DNA from: Dehalococcoidia bacterium
GTDB taxonomy: Bacteria > Chloroflexota > Dehalococcoidia > Bin125
Length of the DNA: 64,000 nt
Direction: 5' to 3'
Assembly: GCA_963662615.2 (NCBI GenBank)
Contig: CAXXSR010000001.1
Span: forward strand, 1,184,001-1,248,000
Part shown: in pieces, positions 9,702 through 17,203 of the stretch
How the letters are laid out: each line of letters opens with the position of its first letter
Numbering within the stretch: the first letter of the stretch is position 1
The notes under the pieces: generated by a model
Database searches by the model: none
Seen by the model: the letters and a program-made list of their open reading frames with translations, nothing else
Told to the model about the DNA's origin: nothing
Position numbers and translations under genes: made by a program

Positions 9702-11096
9702 TTAATCGTCACGCGAGCCGCTCGTGGCTGCCGCTAGTGTTCCCGACTCAATCCGATGTGAAAGCTCAGTCGCATTGACCCGCTGCACCGGACTGGCGAC
9801 GCCGTCAGTCGTGAAGTGCACGCCCTCAGCCTCCAAAACCGATTGGGGATCGTCCTTGCGATTGGGATCCGCCCAGGCAAATTGCGATGCGATTCGACCC
9901 GCAGCCGTGAGCACTCGATAAGCAGCGACGCAGTCAGTGCAAGTTGCGACGTGTCGGCCAACGGGTACTGGAGCGCTTCCGACGACGGCGGCAAGGTCAC
10001 TGTAGGTAGTCCAGTCACCCTGTTTGAGTGCCTTGAGGGCTTCGTGGAGTATTGACCAATCACGCGCACCGCGAGCGCCGAACCCGGCGAGGCGAGATAG
10101 TGTTTGACCATCATCGGTGATCCACAGCCGAGGACCACGGACGACCGGTGGCGGTTCGTCCGTCGCGCGCTCGATCATTTCCCGTGCGAGGCCGGTCGGA
10201 GTCCATCCCTGCTCGTCGATCTCCCAAACGAGAGGACCAGAAGAATCGTTCTGCCAGGTCACCCGTCCACGCTTCTCGTCTTGCAATAGCCAATGCTCAA
10301 CGCCGTCGCGAACGGACGTAGGCAGAGACGTGCAATCAAGATGTAGCGGCGCACCATCGTCGAGGACGCCATCAGCAATAAGACGATCGACCGCCGTCGT
10401 CTCCCGACGCCTGTGGCTGCGCGCATCAGCAGCGCGGATGCTGGCCTGGCGCGGCGAAACTGTGAAGTCCTCGATGTCCTGCGGAGGCCAAAGCTGTGAA
10501 ACGGTCAGTACGATATCGTGTTCGGCCCGGTATGCGCCAAACTGCACGAGCGAAATATCCAGCCCCATCTCGGTCAGCCAGACCGCCGTGGCTGTCACTT
10601 GTGGCGGGAACCGGGCCGCCATCAGGACGATTCGAGGTTGTCGGAGGAGATCGGGATCGAATTCGCCGTCGATGTGATTCTCGAGAGCGGAGCGCGCTTC
10701 GTCCAGCGAGACTGGCGCACTCTTCTCATTCGAAAGGTACTTGGCGTGGGTTTCAGACAGGGTCTCTTCCGTGAAGCGGGACGCGAACGCCGCGTACTTT
10801 ATCGCCTGCATCTCCACTGTCGAGGGTGCGGTCCCTCGCTTTAGTTCGGCGACCACAAGTCGTCCGTCGGAGTCGATTCCCAGAAGGTCGAGTCGGTCGA
10901 GTTCCGATCCTTCCCGGCTCCTCCACTCGCTGAACTCGAAGGTCACAATCCGGATATTCGGACCAAGTACCTGCGGGTGTTTCCGCACCCACTCCTGCAA
11001 GTCTTCTCGCTCGCGAAGACCGGCGTCCACGAGTTCGATCGGCTCACCAAGGATCGCTTTTCCTGGATGGACCGTGAAAAGGAATTGGCCGTCCAT
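9702..11096 (-). CDS. NucS/DUF91-like PD-(D/E)XK nuclease fused to a RAMA-like domain and an MGMT/ATL DNA-binding domain
   Basis: N-terminus EREDLQEW...RLDLLGIDSDGRLVVAELKRG...QAIKYAA; middle LIADGVLDDGAPL...GPLVWEIDEQGWTPTGLA...RGPRLW...GQTLSRL; C-terminus ALKQGDWTTYSDLAAVVGSAPVPVG...AAYRVLTAAG...LEAEGVHF. Confidence 0.78.
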   Translation of the reverse strand: MDGQFLFTVHPGKAILGEPIELVDAGLREREDLQEWVRKHPQVLGPNIRIVTFEFSEWRSREGSELDRLDLLGIDSDGRLVVAELKRGTAPSTVEMQAIKYAAFASRFTEETLSETHAKYLSNEKSAPVSLDEARSALENHIDGEFDPDLLRQPRIVLMAARFPPQVTATAVWLTEMGLDISLVQFGAYRAEHDIVLTVSQLWPPQDIEDFTVSPRQASIRAADARSHRRRETTAVDRLIADGVLDDGAPLHLDCTSLPTSVRDGVEHWLLQDEKRGRVTWQNDSSGPLVWEIDEQGWTPTGLAREMIERATDEPPPVVRGPRLWITDDGQTLSRLAGFGARGARDWSILHEALKALKQGDWTTYSDLAAVVGSAPVPVGRHVATCTDCVAAYRVLTAAGRIASQFAWADPNRKDDPQSVLEAEGVHFTTDGVASPVQRVNATELSHRIESGTLAAATSGSRDD

Positions 11097-11223
11097 GAAA
11101 CAGTTCCTGCCACTGTGAAGGTAACATTGTCGCGTCGGTATGGAGCGATGATGGAGCGCTACCGGGAGAAGGCGATCTTAGACTGTCAGGCCAGGGTTCA
11201 TCGTTGCCGAGGCTAGCGCGTCT

Positions 11224-11412
11224 TCAGGCTGTTAGCGCCCGAAGCACAACCGGAAGGACCAGCGCCACAATCAGCAGCAGGGTCACAACACTGAGGACGA
11301 TCGACAACACGCGGCGCCGCGGCGGCTCCCAGTCGGAATAGCCGGCTTCTTCGGTCAGGTCGGGATCGAGATCGCCCTCACGTGAGAATTCCCATTGGTC
11401 CTCGTCGCCCAT
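11224..11412 (-). CDS. Small single-pass membrane protein
   Basis: Acidic N-terminus, RRR, then a hydrophobic helix. A TAAACT -10-like box lies 6 nt upstream of the ATG (leaderless layout). Confidence 0.65.
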   Translation of the reverse strand: MGDEDQWEFSREGDLDPDLTEEAGYSDWEPPRRRVLSIVLSVVTLLLIVALVLPVVLRALTA

Positions 11413-11558
11413 ACCTTGAGTTTAGACGCTGATACACCGAACGCTGACCAACTTATCGCTAGGCGCGCAGTCCAGCCCTGTGGTCCAGCACCAAGGCGGC
11501 TAACGCCAGCCCGAAAGCTCAGGGGGATTACGGTCCCCATCGGGTCTTCCGAAGACGG

Positions 11559-11942
11559 CTATGTCTGCTTGACGTAGAGGGGTAGACTTCCGTGCCGCGC
11601 TACATGGCGGATGTGTAGGTCCTCTTCCGCCGTCGCAGGACGCCTCGTCGGAGCCCACCTCACCAGGAGTTCAGCTGGAGTCTCGCCCGCAATGATTCGG
11701 CGTCGGCCAGAGTGCCTTGCCTTTCCTCGCACTAGACCCTGCTTGACTCGAGACCTCAGGTTGGACGTCTTGCCGATGTAAATCGGAACACGGGTCCCCT
11801 TCCGGCGAAGCTGATACACACCTGGGACTCTATTGGGCACCGAAGTCCCGCCCGACCGCGCGTCTTGGTGCAGCTCCGACCATCCGTGCCATGGGCTCCA
11901 ATCCAACGTGATGCGTGGGATGTTGATGATCTGCTGGCTCAT
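11559..11942 (-). CDS. Stand-alone GIY-YIG nuclease-family protein
   Basis: PGVYQL...IYIGKTSNLRSRV...AEEDL motifs. Start placed at ATG 11942 (GAGGGCG upstream). Confidence 0.78.
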   Translation of the reverse strand: MSQQIINIPRITLDWSPWHGWSELHQDARSGGTSVPNRVPGVYQLRRKGTRVPIYIGKTSNLRSRVKQGLVRGKARHSGRRRIIAGETPAELLVRWAPTRRPATAEEDLHIRHVARHGSLPLYVKQT

Positions 11943-12267
11943 TTTCGCCCTCCTAGGGCCACACTCCAGCTTAGGTCGCTGCCGGCAGGTAGAGCGGCGA
12001 CCAATACCCAAGCGCTTGCTCAAGAGCCCAGGTCGCCACGGGCGCACCTTGCCTGTGACCCCTAGAACCAATAGTCCTGGACTGATCCTCGCCCCCTCCA
12101 TCAAGAAAAGTCGCCCTCACCTCGCCGACGACGGTCTTCACGAGCGGCTAGGCACCCCCACGTCGCGAGCACTATGCTTCCGCGCCCGCGCGGGGCCGAT
12201 TTGGTACGCGGTAATTCCCACCCTCCAGCGGGCCCGTACGGTCGATTCCAGAAAGCGAGGTGCAGCC

Positions 12268-12957
12268 ATGAACCGCACTACTTCTGAGGCGCCTGGACCG
12301 TCAACGGTTGTAAACGGTCAATACTGGGCTTGGCGAACTGCAGGCTGTCCCAAGACAGTCAAGGGTCCCCTTCAGCTATCCCCTAATCCATTCGATCACC
12401 ACCTCCATACCGCTGGCACCGCTGGCTTCCATGAGCTCTTCGAGCAAAGACTTCGCGCTGGCGACTGGGACGGCGTACTCAGGATGTACTCGTCGGAAGA
12501 GCGGATTGGCGGCCTGCTCCGATTGTGGCCGCTGATTCCAACCGACGCGAGCGGCGAAGTGTTACTCAACAATTGGTCTCTCTGCGACCTGCCGGTCAGA
12601 TATGGGATGGCGCGCGTGTTGGCGCTCTTTCGTGAGGTGGCGTATATCGGGCACGGCCCAAAGCAGGTAGAACCAGTCCGCCTTTATCGTGGATTCTCCG
12701 CAAGCCAGTACCGACGCGGCCTTTCTTGGACGCCCCAGCTGGAAACAGCCCGCCTCTTCGCCGGTGGAGGGCGGTACGACGATGGGTATGGGTTCGTTGG
12801 CACCGTCGTAGCTCCTCCCGAAGCTGTCCTGGCATTCATCAAAAATCGAAACGAATCCGAGTACATTCTCGACCCCGCGCGGTATCCGCGGGTCCGCGAG
12901 GTAGAGGTGGTGTATCCGCCAGACGACCCTCGACGCGACAAGGGTGGGGACGCCTGA
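12268..12957 (+). CDS. Putative ADP-ribosyltransferase-fold protein (R-S-E type)
   Basis: VRLYRG...GLSWT...ARLFA...RNESEYI motif order. GAGGTG RBS before ATG 12268; the longer ORF-track start overlaps the GIY-YIG gene. Confidence 0.65.
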   Translation: MNRTTSEAPGPSTVVNGQYWAWRTAGCPKTVKGPLQLSPNPFDHHLHTAGTAGFHELFEQRLRAGDWDGVLRMYSSEERIGGLLRLWPLIPTDASGEVLLNNWSLCDLPVRYGMARVLALFREVAYIGHGPKQVEPVRLYRGFSASQYRRGLSWTPQLETARLFAGGGRYDDGYGFVGTVVAPPEAVLAFIKNRNESEYILDPARYPRVREVEVVYPPDDPRRDKGGDA

Positions 12958-13017
12958 CAGAGGGGGCAGGTACGCAGTTATTCCGACTCCAGAGTCCGGG
13001 CCTACGGTGAGCGTCCA

Positions 13018-14148
13018 ATGACCAAACGCGGCAGCGGCGAAGGCAGCATCTACAGGCGCGCCACCGATGGCCGCTGGACGGCGAGCGTGAGCGTCGACGG
13101 GAAGCGGAAGACCTTCTACGGCCAGACGCAGCAGGAAGCGCGCAAGAAGCTCCGCGACCATCAGACCGCGCTGGAGGCAGGCCGGCCAGCGCGATCACCG
13201 AAGCTCAAGACCGGCGACTACCTCCGGTCATGGCTCGGGGAGCACGTCAAGCCCCGCGTGCGACCGACAACATTCAAGGCATATGAGATCCGGGTTCGGT
13301 GTCATCTCATTCCGGCGCTGGGCCACATTCCCCTCATCAAGCTCACCCCGTTTGATGTCGAGCGCATGATCGGCGAACAGCTCCTCGCGGGCATGGCTCC
13401 CCGCAGCGTGCAACACAACCGCGCCATCCTTCGCAAAGCACTCAACGACGCGAGGCGCTGGGGACTGGTGGACCGCAACGCCGCCGCCCTGGCAGAGCCG
13501 CCAGCAGTGGTGGAACCGGAGCGCACCGCTCTCACGGTGGATCAGGCACGGGCGCTGCTCGCAGCGATTCGTGGGGACCGACTCGAAGCGGCTTACATTT
13601 TGGCCTTGGCGCTTGGGTTACGGCAGTCAGAGGTGCTGGGCTTGCGCTGGAGCGACATTGACTTCGATCCGGCCGCCCTGCAAGTCGAACGGACGCTGCA
13701 GCGGGCCAACCGGCAGTATCAGTTCTTCCCGCCCAAGTCGCGGACCAGCCGACGGGCGATCCCGCTGGCAGAGCCGGTCATCGCCGCGCTCCGGGAACAC
13801 CGGATTCGGCAGCTGGAGGAGCGCCTGCGGGCAGGTGGGGCGTGGCAGGGCCAGCAGTGGGGCGATCTCGTCTTCTGCGATGAACTCGGGCGCCCGCTGG
13901 CTGGCACCCATGTCACGCGGCGTCTGCGCAAGCTGCTCGTGGCAGCCGATCTTCCTGCCATGCGCTACCACGATCTCCGTCACGGCGTGGCGTCCGTAAT
14001 GACCGCCTTGGGGGTGCCGCCGCGCGTGGTAATGGAAGTGCTGGGGCACGCGCAGATCAGCACGACGATGGAGGTGTACACGCACATCCCGTCGGCGGTG
14101 AAACGCGAGGCCGTTGAACAACTGGCGGCCGCCCTTTGGGCTGACTGA
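13018..14148 (+). CDS. int: Tyrosine recombinase / phage- or ICE-type integrase
   Basis: MTKRGSGEGSIYRR arm-binding-type N-terminus; GLRQSEVLGLRW (R), PKS (K), YHDLRH (HxxR), LGHAQISTTMEVY (H, Y). Confidence 0.96.
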   Translation: MTKRGSGEGSIYRRATDGRWTASVSVDGKRKTFYGQTQQEARKKLRDHQTALEAGRPARSPKLKTGDYLRSWLGEHVKPRVRPTTFKAYEIRVRCHLIPALGHIPLIKLTPFDVERMIGEQLLAGMAPRSVQHNRAILRKALNDARRWGLVDRNAAALAEPPAVVEPERTALTVDQARALLAAIRGDRLEAAYILALALGLRQSEVLGLRWSDIDFDPAALQVERTLQRANRQYQFFPPKSRTSRRAIPLAEPVIAALREHRIRQLEERLRAGGAWQGQQWGDLVFCDELGRPLAGTHVTRRLRKLLVAADLPAMRYHDLRHGVASVMTALGVPPRVVMEVLGHAQISTTMEVYTHIPSAVKREAVEQLAAALWAD

Positions 14149-14406
14149 AGCTGGGGCCCACCACCTCCACCTCCACGTCCACCCCTCCTTCACCGATATC
14201 TTGGGCGGCACTGCGTAGCCGCGCGTTTTGGATGGACCACGTACGCGCGAACGAGGCGATGTGGGGTCGCCGCGGCCCGTTCGCGGGATCTCGCCCACGG
14301 ACCACTACGCTGAACTGTAGTTGTCCTGCCGTGCATGAGATCGAGACGACGGCAGCGTCGGAATGCAATTGCGACTTCGCCCCACGTCGCTCATCGATCT
14401 CAGCTG

Positions 14407-14961
14407 CTACACACGGGGATCTGGCCGCGCCCCGACAACATATCCCGCCGCCTCGGCGATGGTGCGACCGATGGCTGTGACCTGGTATGCGACGCGGTAG
14501 AGAATCCCGTCCGAATCTCGCACGGCCAAATAGCCGTCGAGAACGAGCCTGTCCGTCAAATTCGCCCCCGGTTGAGACGCGCGCGCTTCCACAACCACAG
14601 CATCCACGTCCCAGCCAGCATTATTCGCCACGTTCTTGTTGTAGACGCTCGCGAGAGAGGCCATGCCGACGCCTTTATAAAGGACCGTCCACCCTGGTCC
14701 GCGATCGATGTGCGGCGTCCACTGCCGGCCAGCAATGACCTCGCCGTTCGGTCCCACGCCAGCAGTCGGGACGCGAAGGCGAAACATACCGCGCCGCCAT
14801 GCGGACGAGCTTTCCCCTCGGAAGCCCATAAGGATGGTCCCGGTGTACACGGCCATTACGTCGGCGTTGTTATTCCTGTCGGGGTCTAGTGCGACTTCAA
14901 GCGCATCCGCCTTTTCCACTCCGGCGATTTCCACCGTGTCCGGGTACTGATAGAGCGTCAT
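14407..14961 (-). CDS. Hypothetical beta-rich protein
   Basis: 184-aa ORF with a GAAAGGA RBS and natural composition. No recognised motif. Confidence 0.72.
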   Translation of the reverse strand: MTLYQYPDTVEIAGVEKADALEVALDPDRNNNADVMAVYTGTILMGFRGESSSAWRRGMFRLRVPTAGVGPNGEVIAGRQWTPHIDRGPGWTVLYKGVGMASLASVYNKNVANNAGWDVDAVVVEARASQPGANLTDRLVLDGYLAVRDSDGILYRVAYQVTAIGRTIAEAAGYVVGARPDPRV

Positions 14962-15785
14962 TTCTGATCCTTTCTTGTCTTGTCGCGGGAACTAGCGATG
15001 ACCCCGCATAGTGACCCCTTTCAGGGGTGTTGGGGCTGGATGCTCACCGTGCAAGACGCTGGAGTTTCGTTCGATGTTCCCGTCGAGCCATGGCGTCGCG
15101 AGGTCGCTCAAACAGCAGGTGCATCACTCGCGCGCGCACCAGGATTGGCGTGCAGAAGTCGGGCGCCGTGTTTCATGCCGTGGAACTTAATGCACGGCGT
15201 TGCCGTCTAGGGTGGTAACTGGCGGGACGGCCGGCGAGCTGCCGGAAGACGACGCCTGCGCGAAATTGTCCATTCTGAGTTTCGTAGGCATCAGGATTCA
15301 ATCAAGAACAGATCTGTCCGAGATAGAGTTGAGATTTGGAAGGCGCGGACCGTCAGGGCGAGCAACAGGAACGGGGCCGCAGCTTCGAGCTGCTGGACCA
15401 CTTCTAATCCTGTCTGGAAATCCCTAGAAGCAATACGGTTCTGGCTTAATTCTGTTGATTTCCCCAATGGCGGAACGAGCGCCGCATTTCCCAGGCAGGC
15501 CGCACAACCTCGAACGGCTGGCACCCCGGTCGATTCGGCGTGTGCGCCACCCAGAGCTGAACTCTATCTTGGATAAGACCGTTCGCCGTTGAGTCCGACG
15601 CGCCGCAGGTCGGCCACGCGAGCTCACGCGGCGCCGATCCCTTCCCGTCGTTCCGTCACCTGTCAGGTGATGGGAATGCGCCTCGTCGATTGAGGCACTC
15701 GAGCCGTGATCCTGGTTGCTGTCAATTTGCTGTCAGATGCCTCCACCCTGAACGACTTGCGGCGTCAATTATGGAACGTTCTATC

Positions 15786-15794
15786 TGGTAAAGT
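15786..15794 (+). promoter_or_regulatory. Putative extended -10 promoter for tRNA-Arg
   Basis: TGGTAAAGT ending 7 nt before the tRNA. Confidence 0.45.
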
Positions 15795-15801
15795 TGCAGT
15801 G

Positions 15802-15876
15802 CCCCCCGTAGCTCAGGGGATAGAGCAGTGGTTTCCTAAACCATGTGCGCAGGTTCGATTCCTGCCGGGGGGACCA
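15802..15876 (+). tRNA. tRNA-Arg(CCT)
   Basis: Acceptor CCCCCCG/CGGGGGG, anticodon arm GTGGT-TTCCTAA-ACCAT, T arm GCAGG-TTCGATT-CCTGC, encoded CCA. Confidence 0.96.
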
Positions 15877-15904
15877 CCTCCTCGCGCGGGGTGGCGCCGT
15901 CTCC

Positions 15905-17113
15905 CTAGGGCCGCTCGAAGAGCGCGGCGATGCCCTGGCCGCCGCCGATGCACATGGTCTCGAGGCCGTAGCGCACCCGTCGGCGCTCCATCTCGTGGAG
16001 GAGCGTGGCGAGGATGCGGGCCCCGGTGGCAGCGATGGGATGCCCGAGCGAGATCCCGGAGCCATTGACGTTCAGCTTTTCCTCCAACCCATCCTCAGAG
16101 GCGCGGCGCCACTCGGAGAGGACGGCGAGCACCTGCGATGCGAACGCCTCATTGAGTTCAATCAGATCGACGTGATCCAGGGACACCCCCGTCTTGGCCG
16201 AGAGCTTCTCCATTGCCGGCACCGGGCCGATCCCCATATAGGCGGGATGCACGCCGGTCACGGCCCAGCCGCGCAGGTACGCCATGGGCTCCAAGTTCAG
16301 CTCGGGGAGCTTGTCGGCGGCGACGACCAGGCAGACCGCTGCCGCGTCGTTCTGGGCGCTGGCGTTGCCGGCGGTGACTGTTCCCTCGGGCATGACGGGC
16401 TTGAGTTTCGCCAGTGCCTCCGGGGACGTGTCCTTGCGCGGCCCCTCGTCATGCCGGACCTCGACAGGGGCGCCCTTCCGCTGGGGCGCCAACACCGGCA
16501 CGATCTCCGCATTGAAGTTGCCCGCCTCCGCCGCCGCAACGGCCCGCTGATGGCTGCGCACGGCATATTCATCCTGCGCCTGTCGCGAGATCTGATATTT
16601 CCGCGCCAGATTTTCCGCGGTCTCAATCATGCCGTTGATGGGACCGAACCGTTCCTCGGGCGAAGCCGTCGCCCGCGCCCGCTGCAGGCGATCGTGCAAC
16701 GTGACGGAGCCCATCCGGCTGCCCCAGCGCGCGGCGGTGGTGTAGAACTCCGCGCCGCTCATGGATTCCACCCCGCCCGCGATCACGACGTCCGCATTTC
16801 CCGTCTGCACGAGCATGGCCGCGTTCAAGACCGCCTGCAGGCCCGATCCGCAGCGCCTGTCGAGCTGGTAGCCGGGAACCTCAATGGGCAGCCCCGCTTT
16901 GAGCGCCGCCAGGCGTCCCACCGCCGGCTCCTCGCCGCTGGGATAGCCCTACCCGAGGATGACGTCATCGATGCGCCCAGGGTCGACGCCGGTGCGAGCC
17001 ACCAGCGCCCCGATTACCGTGGCGGCGAGTTCCGCCGCCGGCACGTCTCGCAAAGCCCCGCCGAAGCGCCCCACGGCCGTGCGCAGCGGGCTGACGATGG
17101 CGACCTCTTGCAT
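15905..17113 (-). pseudogene. Acetyl-CoA C-acyltransferase (thiolase) with an in-frame TAG at 16949-16951
   Basis: MQEVAIVSPLRTAVG...DDVILG*GYPSGEEPAVGRLAAL...RRCGSG...NEAFA...GHPIAATG...CIGGGQG. Both ORF-track pieces are in the same frame. Confidence 0.85.
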
Positions 17114-17119
17114 TGCGAA

Positions 17120-17165
17120 CCCCTCCTGCTCCGCTTTCACAGCCCCTCCTGCTCCGCTTTCACAG
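17120..17165. repeat. Perfect 23-bp tandem duplication containing the thiolase RBS
   Basis: CCCCTCCTGCTCCGCTTTCACAG occurs twice (17120-17142, 17143-17165). The minus strand reads ...GCAGGAGGGG. Confidence 0.95.
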
Positions 17166-17203
17166 CCCCGCTTGCTCGGTTCTCACTGAGGCTCTCGCCG
17201 AGG

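Larger units (their letters stand above)
5920..14148. mobile_element. Putative integrative genomic island bounded by integrase-tail direct repeats (accessory DNA may extend to ~15800)
   Basis: Integrase at one end and its duplicated tail at the other. The cargo is nuclease, TIR, ART-like and IS genes, and the cargo genes look more A/T-rich than the flanks by eye. Confidence 0.65.

Noticed and set aside
11833-12267. N-terminal extension of the 374-aa ORF-track call
   Set aside because: It overlaps the GIY-YIG gene on the opposite strand, and a good RBS plus ATG exists at 12268.
15802-15876. tRNA-Arg(CCT) as the integrase attachment site
   Set aside because: The accessory DNA lies 5' of the tRNA, and I found no duplicated tRNA segment at the other island end by eye. 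This is not excluded without an alignment.
16949-16951. Pyrrolysine or genetic-code reassignment explanation for the thiolase TAG
   Set aside because: TAG terminates many intact genes here (gatB, fumC, clpX, mdh), and no pyl genes are in the window.
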